Shown one piece after another: positions 21,785 through 36,900 of a stretch of 64,000 nucleotides of DNA. The stretch is from NCBI GenBank assembly GCA_038496445.1, contig JALMLS010000092.1, positions 46,861 to 110,860 on the forward strand, written 5' to 3'. The notes beneath the pieces were generated by a model. That model did no database searches. It was given only the letters and a program-made list of their open reading frames with translations, and was not told the origin of the DNA. The position numbers and the translations under genes are program-made. Each line of letters begins with the position of its first letter. Position 1 is the first letter of the stretch. The stretch is from Trichosphaerium sp. ATCC 40318 (taxonomy: Eukaryota > Protista > Tubulinea).

Positions 21785-24700
21785 TCATACAAGGTCGTAC
21801 AATAGTATACTTATGAGAATGAAGATAATAAAGCTGAATTTAATTATTGTTTGTGAAGAACATTTGTCAGTGCCGAGGTTAAACAGCATTCTATAAATTA
21901 AATTGTTAGTTGCACAAAACAACAACGCAAGTCATACCCAAAGTTTGTTTTTTGTGGAACATCATCAAAACACTTGTCATCCCTGTCTGTCTTTACATTA
22001 TCAATAGTACCAACAATACAATTAGATCGAACAACGTTTATCACTCCAAGTTGTGCAACTGATTGTGGAACGACAACTGTAATTTCAGCTAATTCAAAAA
22101 TGTTTAAACAACCTAACATAGAATAAGAGGTAATGCGAAATTATGAATGCCGGACAAGCTACGTTCCTTCAACTGTTACTATGGTATCATCTGTACCATA
22201 ATCGATTGGAAGTGCTATTGTTGTCTGACTGATAATATTCAAATCACCTTGTATCACTATTGGTCGATCTATGATTGCTTGTTCTGGAAGTGTGATGTTG
22301 ATTGGAAGGTTTCGACAAACTCCAGGACAATTGAGACTTCCCAATGTTTCACAAGCTATTCCTGACTCATCACAAAAGTAATTTCCACCAAATGAATCAA
22401 ATTGATTACTATTACGTGTTAGTCTTGGTTGTTTTGATTGTTTTGAAATTACCAGGTATTGACTTCAAAAGGAACAGATGGACACCAAAATCTATTGTTG
22501 GATACATCTCTAAATAAATAAATATTTAGCACGTGATATTTGAACAAACACTTACAGTTGAGGAATATCTTTGAGGTATCCAGGCAAAGGACCATACAAT
22601 TCATTATCACTTAAATATCTAAACAAGTAAATTTTTTAGTTTCGCTGACAATCAAGTCTCTCTATGTACAGTTTTTGAATATGAGTCACATCAACATTGT
22701 CTTTTGGGAGTTCTCCTTCAAATGAGTTATTGTTCAAAAGCAAAGTTTCGGCATTGATCTGTAATGTTGATGCTGTGATAGGTCCTGTAAACTTATTTCC
22801 ACTCAAATCTCTTGAGTGTGTAAATTACCACATGGACTCATGATGGGACGTACATTGTGTTAATTTGTAGTTGTTTGTTAAACATTGGAATGGATCCAGA
22901 AAATTGATTATTAGCAAGGCGACTAGGAGAACTTTAGATAACAAATATTAAAGGTACAACATACATTTTAGTAGCTTTGGCTTGTTGTAAATGCTCAAGT
23001 CCACCTGAGAACTTGTTTCCGCTTAAATCACTATTAATTATTAAATAAGTCATTTAGGTCATCTTGTGGTAGAAGATGCGTGTACAAATCAACATTGTAA
23101 TGAGCAATTGCTGGGGGAAGGTCACCTGATAGATTGTTGTTAGGGACATATCTAAGGGGTTACTGTAAGTAACATTCTCAATGACTTCCTCGGTGACATA
23201 CAAAATGTTTAGGATCTTGTCATTGTCAAACGGTATTTGTAGACTTCCAGAAAATAGGTTATCTCGAGCTCGGCTATAAACAACAGAATTAACATCAACT
23301 TTTCTTATAAAAAATGTACAAATCTCTGATGTCAAATATCCAGTCTGGAAGAGTGCCATTCAACCTGTTACCTTCAATATCCCTTTCAAATAGAGTGTTA
23401 CAAAGTGTGTTGTGAATGAACGTACAAAAAGATTAAAGGGAGGCTACCAAGGAACTCAGGAAGGTTTCCTTCCAAATCACAATCAACAAGGCTCCTAAAA
23501 GTTGTTGGAATTAGTCTGTGTAGCATACATGATAGCCATACAGATGTGTAAGGTTAGTTAAAGTAGCAAAGTGTTGAGGAATTTGACCCAGAGGTTTTGT
23601 GTCAATAGCCCTATGAGTAATAATCAGCATCTTTAGTATCCTCTTCGTTTAGATTGTGTACAAGAATGTTATATCTTCAAACGCTGGTGGTACCAAACGT
23701 GATACATCCAAGTCATCTATCAGTGATTGTGTACCGCTGATGCGTCTGTTGAATTGTTTGATTAAAGAAGAAAAAATCAAACATGGACATACAAGTGCTC
23801 TAATCCATTTAAGTATATCTGCGCAGGTATTGATCCATTTACCGAGACGTACTCAAGAGAACTAATAAAAACAAACATAATTAAAATATGACTGACCTAA
23901 GTTCCAACGTACAGTCTCTTCAAGGCAGATTCAGGAGGTACATCTGGAATAGGACCACTAATTGAGGTGTATGATAGATCGCTTTTAATAAAAATTGAGT
24001 TTTCTTTGTTCTAAAAAACACGTGCTTTGTGTTGTACTTACAGAAGTTCTAGTTGAGGAAGACGCATAAATAAGTCTGATGGAATTTCTCCTGTTATGTT
24101 ATCATCACGTGATATAGTTCTAGTAAAACGAAGTTAGACACAATTTCTTAAAATAGTGACTCACAATTCTCGTAGTTTTGTTCGCCGCAAGATGCTTTCA
24201 GGAATTATTTGTGGTGCTTTTTGAATATCTCCTAGGCGACACCGAAATGAGCCAACTAAAAACTAAAAGAAAACTGTGCTCATGCGCCATACCACTAAGA
24301 AATCTACAAAGAAGTAAAACACTGTCAAAGCGACAAAATAAACTATGATGACGTACAAAATCTCAAGATTCATGAGCTTTTCAGGATTCAATGTAAGCGT
24401 CCATGATATGCTATCGCTGACTAGGACTCTTGAGAAGCGTTTTAGTAGATACCAAAAAGAGTGCTTCTTACAAAACCGTGAGCGATTCCAATGCATCAAA
24501 GGCGTCATCACTCAAGTTCATCTCAATGTCCCCATGCATTCGCCTACCGCTTTTGGTTACAACGATAAAACGTGGTTTCACACTAACACTTCTAATATGT
24601 TGTCGGATTCATCACATGTCACGCCAGTATGGTTGCAGGGCTAAAAATGTGATGTAAGTAAAAAAGCACAAAAACTAAATAAAGACACGCACTTGAAATA

Positions 24701-24815
24701 AAGGGTCATGTGAGTACGCATCTCTCAATGCCGTTATGAAATCTGTCTGGGCATACGATACATTCAGTATCACTAGAAGTAGAACCAAGATTGAAGTCAT
24801 TGTAGTAAGATTCAT
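21785..24815 (-). CDS. Surface LRR protein 2
   Basis: Colinear paralogue of copy 1; MNLTTMTSILVLLLVILNVSYAQ ... CSSQTIIKFSFIIFILISILLYDLV*. Confidence 0.88.
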
Positions 24816-25084
24816 CCTATCAATAAACGTGTTAATTACAATCAACCTGAAAGAAGAAGCTTGTTGATTTGCGTGTCAATTTAGTAGCTTTTAACGCTCA
24901 ACAAGGGAACTTGGAACATAAATTACGCTACTGAAACCTTTCATCGCTAGCAATTAATCGCAGTCACGTGCTCAGTATGGAATAGGTTTTGGTTCGTTTA
25001 CGAATAGTGCGAAACTCGGTGTTCGGTACCGTAAACTGCGGTTTTTTCCCTTGATTGTAAGCCCTCTTGTATAATGAAAGAGTC

Positions 25085-25410
25085 TGTTGGTTGTTTACGC
25101 TTCGAATCGTCTACTAAGCGATTAATATATATACAGATACGTATGTGCCATGTACTGTTCGAAGTGTATGTCACGGGTTCAAAGACGCAAGATGAGTCGT
25201 TTCTTTATTATTCCGCTAGTTTTGTGTTTTTTAGGAGGTATAGTCCAGATTTTTGTTCACACTCCGTCTTTTTTGGTTCAGTCTAAAACTGGTAATACTG
25301 TCCACGCACCCATATCTAAACTTTGAAAAAATATCACGTGAAGCATAGTTTCAAAGCCAATTTCAGGAAATTGTTACGAACACTGACGTCAAACATTCTC
25401 TTGGGCACGT
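25085..25410. promoter_or_regulatory. Conserved non-coding block upstream of the LRR genes (other copies at about 20960-21155 degenerate, 28920-29225, 32835-33160, 37250-37565 and 61170-61425 inverted)
   Basis: About 300-bp block lying 270-600 bp upstream of each ATG; this copy contains CACGTG (25335) and TGACGTCA (25384). Regulatory role is inferred from position only. Confidence 0.45.
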
Positions 25411-25697
25411 ATCAAAATCATTTGCTACAAAGACACAACGTGTACCACCTGAACTGAGCAAATTCTGAATTCATGTGAATTCAATAAATCACGTGAATAA
25501 TATTCTAAAAAAATGAACAATACACGCGCTGAAATGGATTACTTTCAATGACTTGAGGTCTATTGGTATGACTTATTTCCATTGGTGATTGGCAAAGTAT
25601 CTCTGAACACATGTCATCTGAGCAGTCATTGTTTCAAAAGTCTAATATACAATGACGTGCATATACAAATGGTTTATTCAGTTATACATGTGTGGTC

Positions 25698-28600
25698 TTA
25701 CACAAGGTCGTACAACAGTATACTTATGAGAACGAAGACAATAAAGCTGAATTTAATTATTGTTTGTGAAGAACATTTGTCAGTGCCGAGGTTAAACAGC
25801 ATTCTGTAAATTAAATTGTTAGTTGCACAAAACAACAACGCAAGTCATACCCAAAGTTTGTTTTTTGTGGAACATCATCAAAACACTTGTCATCCCTGTC
25901 TGTCTTTACATTATCAATAGTACCAACAATACAATTAGATCGAACTATGTTTATCACACTAAGATGTACGACTGATTGTGGAACGACAACTGTAATTCCA
26001 CTTGATTGTAACATGTACAAACAACCTAACATAGAATAAGGGGCGAAATTATATGCAATTTACGTTCCTTCAACTGTTAGTATGACGTCATCTGTACCAT
26101 AATCAATTGGAAGTGCTATTGTTATCTGACTCACAATATTAAGATCACCTTGTATCACTATTGGTTGATCTATGATTGCTTGTTCTGGAAGTGTGATGTT
26201 GATTGGAAGGCTTCGACATACTCCAGGACAATTGAGACTTCCCAATGTTTCACAAGCTATTCCTGACTCGTTACAAAAGTAATTTCCGCCAAATGAATCA
26301 AATTGGTCACTATCACATGTTAATGCTCGTAAATGGGTAGCGGTAATGTATTGGATGGAATTACCAGGTATTGACTTCAAAAGGAACAGATGGACACCAA
26401 AATCTATTGTTGGATACATCTCTAAATAAATACAATATTTAGCACGTGATATTTGAACAAACACTTACAGTTCAGGAATATCTTTGAGGTATCCAGGCAA
26501 AGGTCCATACAATTCATTATCACTTAAATATCTATCAAATACTTTTTAGTTCACACGATGTAGCCATGGTTATGTACAGTTTTCGAATATGAGGCACAGT
26601 AATATTGCTATCCAATGGAAGCTCTCCTTCAAATGAGTTATTGTTCAAAAGCAAAGTATCGGCATTGATCTGTAGTGTTGACGCTGTGATAGGTCCTGTA
26701 AACTTGTTTCCATTCAATTCTCTTGTATGTGTAAATAACCTTGTACAGAACAAATTACTTGACGTACATTGTGTTAATTTGTATTTGATTGTTAAACATC
26801 GGAATGGATCCAGAAAATTGATTATTAGCAAGGTGACTAGGAGAACTTTAGATACGACATATGGGGTACAACATACATAAATATAGCTTTGGCTTGTTGT
26901 AAATGCTCAAGTCCACCTGACAACTTATTTCCTCTTAAATCCCTACTATTAAGTCACCAAGAGCGAGTGAGAAGAATTGTGTACAATTCAGTATTGTATT
27001 GAGCAATTGCTGGAGGAAGATCACCTGATAGATTGTTGTCTGAGAGCTCGCTAAATAATTCAAACAGTGAGTGAAACAAGCACTTACAAAAGAAACGTAC
27101 ACACGGAATGCTAACTTATTTGAGTCAAAAGGTATTTGTGGTAGACTTCCAGAAAACGAGTTTTGGCTTGCTCGGCTTAGACAGAATTAGCATCAAGGGT
27201 TTCCAAATTATATGTACAAGTCTCTGATATTAAATATCCAATCTGGAAGAGTGCCATTCAGCTTGTTTCGTTCGAGATTCCTGTACGTGTAAGTGCAAAC
27301 GGGTTTTTAACAATCAACGTACAAAAAGATTAAAGGGAGGCTACCAAGGAAGTCAGGAAGGTTTCCTTCCAAATCACAATCAATAAGGCTCCTAAAAGGT
27401 GTCGGTGGAATACGTCTAATGATAGCCGTACAGATGTGTTAGTTTAGATAAACTTGCGAAGTTTTGAGGGATTTGACCCAGAGGTTTTCTGTCAATAGAC
27501 CTATGAGTAATAATCAGCGCCTTTATTTGTTCTATTATATATGTGTACAATGCCTTCATCATTTCAAACGCTGGTGGTACCAAACGTGATACATCCAAGT
27601 CATCTATCAGTGATTGTGTACCGCTGATGCGTCTGTTGAATTGTTTGATTAAAGAAGAACAAAATCAAGAATACATGGACATACAAGTGCTCTAATCCAT
27701 TTAAGTATATCTGCGTAGGTAATGGTCCAGTTACCGATATGTACTGAAGAGAACTATCAATCTAATTAAACACATAGTAAACGTGTAGGGCTTACAGGCT
27801 CTTCAAGGCAGATTCAGGAGGTACATCTGGAATAGGACCACCAATGTCAGTGTATGATAGATCGCTTTAACAAAAAGTAAGTTTTTCTTGTTCTAAAAAA
27901 CACGTGATGTACTTACAGGAGTTCTAGTTGAGGAAGACTTGTAAATAAATTAGTTGGAATTGTTCCTGCCATGTTATCATCATATGTTATACTTCTGTAA
28001 ACACAATTAGAGAATAAGTCAGCATAACAATCACTTACAACTCTCGGAGTTTTGTTAGCTGTAAGATGGATGGAGGAATTGAGTGTTGTACTCTTTGAAT
28101 ACTCCCTAGGCGTAAGATATGTGAGGCTATGTATCTATAATAACCAAACAAAGTAGTAGTTACCACGAAGAAATCTGTTTGAAGTGTAAACAATTTGATA
28201 CCACGAGAAACAAAAACAAGTGATGACGTACAAAATCTCAAGATTAATGAGTTTTCCAGGATTCAATGTAAGCGTCCATGATATACTATCGGTGTCTAAC
28301 TGTCTTGAAAACGTTTTAGTACATAAAAGAGAAGTGTTTATTACAAAACCGTGAGTGAGTCCAATGCATCAAAGGCGTCATCGCTCAAGTTCAAATCAAT
28401 GTCCTCACGTATTCGCCTAAAACGTTTGGTTACAACAACAAACAACGCAAACAACGTATTTTCGCACTAACACTTCACATATGGCGTCGGATTCATCACA
28501 TGTCACGCCAGTATGGTTGCAAGGCTAAATTGGGATGTAAGCAAAAATAGTACCAACATAAATAAAGCCACGCACGTGAAATAAAGGGTCATGTGAGTAC

Positions 28601-28698
28601 GCATCTCTCAATGCTGTTATGAAATCGATTTGGGCATACGATACATTTATCATCACTAGAAGTAGAACCAAGATCCAAGTCATTGTAATAAGATGCAT
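25698..28698 (-). CDS. Surface LRR protein 3
   Basis: Colinear paralogue; MHLITMTWILVLLLVMINVSYAQ ... LLYDLV*. Confidence 0.88.
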
Positions 28699-29529
28699 TT
28701 GACGTAGAAACTACTAACGACGCGTTACAGAGAAGGAAAGAACTAATTGAAATGGTTGATGAAATTTACTCAAAATAGCTGGAATAATTGTGGTCGCTAC
28801 TGCTACCGGTCACGTGTATGAAATAGGTAAAAATTGGCTTCAAGTTTGCTAATATTGCGAAAACATGCGGTACCTTAAACTGTTGATTCTTCCTTTGATT
28901 AGACCTCCTAGCTACGCCTTGATATGTTGAATCCTCTAGTAAGCGATTAATTATGTAATAGATTGTATGTACCATGTACTATTCAAGGTGTACTTAAAGG
29001 GTTCAGAGACGCAATATGAGTGGTGTCTTTATTTCTCCGCCTGTTTTGTGTTTCCTCGGAGGTTGTTAATAATTTTTGTTCCCCGTCTTTTTTGGTTCAA
29101 TCTAAAACTGGTAATACTGTCCACACACCCGTATCTAAAGTTTGAAAAAATATCATGTGAAGCGAAGTATCAAAGCCAATTTCCGGAAGTTGTTACGAAC
29201 ACTGACGTCAACATTGTCGTCTTGCTGTTTCTTTCTCGTTCCAGTTTCTTAAGGGATTGAGAGTAACAGTTTCTCCGAAGTTGTATTCCATGTACCTGAC
29301 TTACGGATACGGATAAAGGGTCAAGACCACTTTCTTACAGATACGGATAAACGTTTCCACATTCGCCGAATGAGAACAATAATGGCAAATTGTTCCTAGA
29401 TTATGAACCTAGCAAATCAGAATGCCCAGCTCTGCAATCAAACTTGTCTATTTGTTGTGAGCAATAAGTAGCACACGTTTCTTTCGACAAAATTACATGA
29501 GTTTCTGATTTATTTCGTGCTAGATTGTC

Positions 29530-32500
29530 TCATACAAGGTCATACAATAGTACACTTACGAGAATGAAGATAATAAAGTTGAATTTAATTATTGTTTGTG
29601 AAGAACACTTGTCAGTGCCGAGGTTAAACAGTATTCTATAAATTCAATAATTAGTTGTGCACAAAACACAGTAGCGCACGTACCCAAAGTCTTTTTGTTG
29701 TGGAACGTCATCAAAACACTTGTCATCCCTGTCAGTCTCTATATTATCAAGGGTACCAACAAAACAATTATATCGAACAACGTTTATCACACCAAGTTGT
29801 GCAACTGATTGTGGAACGACAACTGTAATTCCACTTGATTGTAACATGTACAAACAACCTAACATAAATAATAAGAACGCAAAGGAAATTATATTCAATT
29901 TACGTTCCTTCAACTGTTAGTATGACGTCATCTGTGCCATAATCAATTGGAAGTGATATTGTTATCTGACTCACAATATTAAGATCACCTTGTATCACTA
30001 TTGGTTGATCTATAATTGCTTGTTCTGGAAGTGTGATGTTGATTGGAAGGTTTCGACATACTCCAGGGCAATTGAGACTTCCCAATGTTTCACAAGCTAT
30101 TCCTGACTCGTTACAAAAGTAGTTTCCTCCAAATGAATCAAATTGGTCACTACTATGCGTTAGTCTTGTTTGTGAGAGTTGTTTTGATGGAAATTACCAG
30201 GTATTGACTTCAAAAGGAACAGATGGACACCAAAATCTATTGTTGGATACATCTCTAAATAAATACTAGATTTAGCACGTGATATTTGAACAAATACTTA
30301 CAGTTGAGGGATATCTTTGAGGTATCCAGGCAAAGGACCATACAATTCATTATCACTTAAATCTCTAAACAAACTGTTTTAGTTCGCAGATGCTGAAGTC
30401 TTGAGGCTGTACAGTTGTTGAATATAGGGCACAGTAATATTGCTATCCAATGGAAGTTCCCCTCCAAATGAGTTATTATTCAAAAGCAAAGTATCGGCAT
30501 TGATCTGTAATGTTGACGCTGTGATAGGTCCTATTAACTTGTTTCCATTCAATTCTCTTGTGCGCGAATAAGTTTGTAAAGAACCAATTGGAGGGACGTA
30601 CATTCTGTTAATTTGTGCTTGATTGTTAAACATCGGAATGGATCCAGAAAATTGATTATTAGCAAGGCGACTACAGTCAGTACATTAGATTAAATACTAT
30701 GTAAGTATCAAAAGGATCTCTACGTACATAAATCTAGTTTTGGCTTGTTGTAAATGCTCAAGTCCACCTGACAACATATTTCCATTTAAGTCCCTATCAA
30801 ATAAGTCATTTACATAGACAGTAAAACTGGTTGAAGGCTCGTACACTTCAAGTTGATATTGACCAATAGCTGGAGGAACATCGCCTGATAGGTTGTTATC
30901 AGAGATCTTTCTAGAATATTCAAGCAATCAGTCTGGCGTAAGTGAAGTACAAGTGCGAACATACAAAAAGTAGAATCCATGCTTATTTGAGTCAAAAGGT
31001 ATTTGCGGTAGACTTCCAGAGAACGAGTTCCGGCTTGCTCGGCTTAGATAAAGAATTAACATCAACTTCTCAAAATTATATGCATGTACAAGTCACCGAT
31101 ATTAAATATCCAATCTGGAAGAGTGCCATTCAATCTGTTATCTTCAATATCCCTTTTAAATGTTTAAGAAGTGATCACATAGTAGTGCATATACATAGTC
31201 AACAAACGTACAAAGAGATTAAAGGGAGGCTACCAAGGAAGTCAGGAAGGTTCCCTTCCAAATCACAATCATCAAGGCGCCTAAAATCATCAATAAGAAG
31301 ACCATTACACGAGAGTCATACAGATGTGTTAGTTTAGTTAAAGTAGCCAAGGTTTGAGGGATTTGACCCAGAGGTTTGTTATCAAAAGATCTATGAGTAT
31401 TAGTCAGCGCCTCTTAATATCCTCTTCATTTTGCTCGACGGTTCGTACAAGTAAGTTATATTTTCAAATGCTGGTGGTACCAAACGTGATACATCCAAGT
31501 TATCTATCAGTGATTGTGTACCACTGATGCGTCTGTTGAATTGCTTGGTTAAAGAAGAAAATCAAGAATACATGGACGTACAACTCGTCTAATCCATTTA
31601 AGTATATCTGCGCAGGTATTGATCCATTTACCGAGACGTGCTCAAGAGAACTAATAAAACAAACATAATTAAAATATGACTGACCTAAGTCCAAACGTAC
31701 AGTCTTTTCAAGGCAGATTCAGGAGGTACATGTGGAATAGGACCACGAATTGAGGTGTATGATAGATCGCTTTTAATAAAATTGAGTTTTCTTTGTTCTA
31801 AAAAACACGTGATTTGTGTTGTACTTACAGAAATTCTAATTGAGGGAGACTTGTAAATAAATTAGTTGGAATGGTTCCTGTTAGATTTTCATCGAATGAT
31901 ATACTTCTGTAAACACAATTAGGATAAGTCAGAATAACAATCACTTACAACTCTCGGAGTTTTGTTAGCTGTAAGATGGATGGAGGAATTGAATGCTGTA
32001 CTCTTTGAATACTTCCTAGGCGTAAGGTATGTACATTAATCGGTATCTCCTAACTTACCAAGAAGAAATCTGTTGAAGTGTAAACAATTTGATACCACGA
32101 GAAACAAGAAAAGAAAAACAAGTGATGACGTACAAAATCTCAAGATTAATGAGTTTTCCAGGATTTAATGTAAGCGTCCATGATATACTATCGCTGTTTA
32201 GTTCTCTTACGAGTGTTTTAGTAGATACCAAAAAAAGAGTGTTTCTTACAAAACCGTGAGTGAGTCCAATGCATCAAAGGCGTCATCACTCAAGTTCATC
32301 TCAATGTCCCCACGTATACGCCTACCACGTTTGGTTACAACAACACAAACGCAAATAATGTATTTTCGCACTAACACTTCACATATGGCGTCGGATTCAT
32401 CACATATCACGCCAGTATGGTTACAAGGCTAAATTGGGATGTAAGTAAAAATAGTACCTACAAAATAAACGTCACGCACGTGAAATAAAGGGTCATGAGA

Positions 32501-32599
32501 GTACGCATCTCTCAATGCCGTTACAAAATCAATTCGGCCATATGATACATTTATCACTAGAAGTAGAACCAAGATCGAATTCATTGTAATCCGATTCAT
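29530..32599 (-). CDS. Surface LRR protein 4
   Basis: Colinear paralogue; MNRITMNSILVLLLVINVSYG ... LLYDLV*. Confidence 0.85.
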
Positions 32600-33995
32600 C
32601 TCTGACCCGTAGAAACTAACAACGTGAGAAAAGAACTAATTTTATCGTTTTGAATTATTTAGCACAAAGTAGCCGGAATAATTGCTACTGAACGTTGGCC
32701 GCTACATATTAATTTTGCAGGTCATGTGATCAGTATTTAATACGTATTTAATTTAATTTCATGTTTGATTTACGAAACGATGCGGTACCTTGAGCTCTTG
32801 GATTCTTCCGTAGATAAAACTGGTACAGGTATTTGGTAGTTTGTATGTTGAGTCCTCTACTAAGCGATTAATAAACAGATATGTATGTGCCATGTACTAT
32901 TTAAGGTATGTAAGGGGTTCAGAGATGGAACGTGACGAGCGGTTTCTTTTTAATTCCGCTTAGTTTGCCTTTTCGTCGGAGGTTGTTCACATAAGTTTTG
33001 TTCACACTCCGTCTTGTTTTGGTTCAGCCTAAAACTAGTAATACACTATCCACACCCACATCTAAACTTTGAAAAAATATCACGTGAAGCAAAGTTTCAA
33101 AGCCAATTTCAGGAAATTGTTACGAACACTGATGTCAAACATTCTCTTGGGCACGTGTCAAGTGACTTCAACTAATGTTCTTCCGTTATGAATGAATAAT
33201 GAATACTCATGTATTCAAATACAGCCAGGTTGCATGACTAAAAATCCATTCATGCTAGTTTGGCGTAAAGGTAAACGGGTAAAAATTTTGCGAGTTGATG
33301 ACTGTATTAGCCGCAATATGACTTTGAACGCTTTTGTGAGATATAACTTAAAAAAAAGAGTTTATAGGCTGCCTGGACTGTTTTTGAACCCTTTTTTAAA
33401 GGCTTTGCTGAATGAGTACCTTAACTGGAAACCATATAGCTTTGTCTACTTGCACTATATGAGTAACAACATAGAATATAAGCCATGTTACCATTTCGCT
33501 CCGAGAATTCACGAGAAGCAACTGTCATGTTTCAAAAAAAAACCACCAATACCTCAATCCCAACAAAAGCGGTGCAAGACGATCTGGGAGGAAAGGAACA
33601 CACGGTCCCTGGCCGATAGCTCTGGCGCAGAGCGAGCATGTGTGAGGTTTATTTACAAAACATGATCGCGAATGCAATAAAATACAAAAAGAGAAAAACA
33701 GAAAAACAACCAAAATTTTTTTTGAATTTTATGAAGGGTAGTGGGAGGGTGATTTCTGCTTGCTATCGTATAAACCTGCTTGAGTCGGTTGTCTGTCTTT
33801 GTTGTATCAGTCCAGTTTGTTCAAACGCCTGAAATGTCTCACATGTTCAGACATGAGTCGGTTTTCAGGCTTATATTCCATACTGGTAATATTTAACTTA
33901 GCAACCACTGTGCAAACATTTTTGAGGGTTTGTTTGTATCACATGATACGAGTGTTAATTACATGAATTTCTGATTTATTTCGTGCTGTATTGTC

Positions 33996-36900
33996 TTATA
34001 CAAGGTCGTACAATAGTACACTTACGAGAATGAAGATAATAAAGTTGAATTTAATTATTGTTTGTGAAGAACACTTGTCAGTGCCGAGGTTAAACAGTAT
34101 TCTATAAATTAAATAATTAGTTGCTCAAAACTGTAACGCAAGTCATACCCAAAGTCTTTTTGTTGTGGAACGTCATCGAAACACTTGTCATCCCTGTCAG
34201 TCTCTATATTATCGAGGGTACCAATAAAACAATTATATCGAACAACGTTTATCACACCAAGATGTATGACTGATTGTGGAACGACAACTGTAATTCCACT
34301 TGATTGTAACATGTTTAAACAACCTAACATAAATAATAAGAACGAAAAATATATGCTTAGCATTTACGTTCCTTCAACTGTTAACATGACGTCATCTGTA
34401 CCATAGTCAATTGGAAGTGATATTGTTATCTGACTCACAATATTAAGATCACCTTGTATCACTATTGGTTGATCTATGATTGCTCGTTCTGGAAGTGTGA
34501 TGTTGATTGGAAGGTTTCTACACACTCCAGGACAATTGAGACTTTCCAATGTTTCGCAAGCTATTCCTGACTCATTACAAAAGTAGTTTCCACTAAACGA
34601 ATCAAATTGATCACTATTACGTGTTAGTCTTGTTTGCGAGAGTTGTTTTGAAATTACCAGGTATTGACTTCAAAAGGAACAGATGGACACCAAAATCTAT
34701 TGTTGGATACATCTCTAATAGTTATATTTAGCACGTGATATTTGAACAAACACTTACAGTTCAGGAATATCTTTGAGGTATCCAGGCAGAGGACCATACA
34801 ATTCATTATCACTTAAATCTCTATCAAATACTGTTAGTTAAAGTGTAACTTAGTTTGAAAACTTCTCATGGCAGTACAGTTGTTGAATATAAGGCACAGT
34901 AATATTGCTATCCAACGGAAGTTCTCCTAATGAGTTATTGTTCAAAAACAAAATGTTGGTATTGATCTGTAATGTTGACGCTGTGATAGGTCCTGTAAAC
35001 TTGTTTCCATTCAATTCTCTTGTGCACGAATAAGTTAGAATAGAACGACTTATTTGGACATACATTGTGAAGATTTGTGCTTGGTTGTTAAACATCGGAA
35101 TGGATCCAGAAAATTGATTATTAGCAAGGCGACTAGGAGAACTTTAGATACGACATATAGGGTACAACATACATAAATATAGCTTTGGCTTGTTGTAAAT
35201 GCTCAAGTCCACCTGACAACATATTTCCTCTTAAATTCCTACCAAAGTCATTTACATAGGGAGTAACTGGTTGAAGGCTCGTACACTTCAAATTGATATT
35301 GACCAATAGCTGGAGGAAGATCACCTGATAGATTGTTGTCCGAGATCTCGCTAACAGCAATCAGTCTGGCGTAAGTGAAGTACAAGTGCGAACATACAAA
35401 TAGTTGAATCCATGCTTATTTGAGTCAAAAGGTATTTGTGGTAGACTTCCAGAAAACGAGTTCCTGCTTGCTCGGCTTACAAAAAGAATTAACATCAACT
35501 TTTCCAAGAATAAAGCCACGTACAAATCTCTGATGTCAAATATCCAATCTGGAAGAGTGCCATTCAATCTGTTATCTTCAATATTCCTTTCAACTGTTAA
35601 GAGGTGCAATATACATCAACAAACGTACAAAGAGATTAAAGGGAGGCTACCAAGGAAGTCAGGAAGGTTTCCTTCCAAACCACAATCATCAAGGCTCCTA
35701 AAATCGTCAATAAGAAGACTATTGCACGAGAGTCATACAGATGTGTTAGTTTAGTTAAACTTGCGAAGTTTTGAGGGATTTGACCCAGAGGTTTTCTGTC
35801 AATAGACCTATGAGTATTAGTCAGCGCCTCTTTAATATGCGATGGTTGGTACAAGTTAGTCATATCTTCAAATGCGGGTGGTATCAAACGTGATACATCC
35901 AAGTCATCTATCAGCGATTGTGTACCACTGATATGTCTGTTGAATTGTTTGATTAAAGAAGGATAATCAAGTATACATGGACGTACAAGTGCTCTAATCC
36001 ATTTAAGTATATCTGCGCAGGTATTGGTCCAGTTATGGAGGTGTACTGAAGATAACTAATAATAAACAAACATAATTAATATATGACTGACCTAAGTTCC
36101 AACGTACAGTCTCTTCAAGGCAGATTCAGGAGGTACATGTGGAATAGGACCACTAATTGAGGTGTGTGATAATTCGCTTAAAAAAATTAGTTTGTTGTGT
36201 TCTAAAAAAACACGTGATTTGTGTTGTACTTACAGAAATTCTAATTGAGGAAGAGTTGTAAATAAATTCGTTGGAATTGTTCCTGCCATGTTAGAATCAT
36301 AAGTTATACTTCTGTAAACACAATTAGAGAATAAGTCAGAACAATCACTTACAACTCTCGGAGTTTTGTTAGCTGTAAGATGGATGGCGGAATTGAGTGC
36401 TGTACTTTTTGAATATTCCCTAGGCGTAAGGTATGTACATTACTCGGTATCTCCTAACTTACCAAGAAGAGATCTGTTTGAAGTGTAAACAATTTGATAC
36501 CACGAGAAACAAAAAAAACCAAAAATATAATGACGCACAAACTCTCAAGATTCACGAGCTTTCCAGGATTCAATGTAAGCGTCCATGATATACTACCAGT
36601 GCTTATATCTCTTGAAAAGCGTTTTAGTACATACAAAGAAGAGTGTTTCTTACAAAACCGTGAGCGATTCCAATGCATCAAAGGCGTCATCACTCAAGTT
36701 CATCTCAATGTTCCCATGCATTCGCCTACCGCTTTTGGTTACAACACAAACGTTTGGCTTCACACTAACACTTCACATATGGCGCCAGATTCATCACATG
36801 TCACGCCAGTATGGTTGCAGGGCTAAAAATGGGTTGTGAGCAAAAATAGCACCTACATAAATAAAGCCACGCACGTGAAATAAAGGGTCATGAGAGTACA

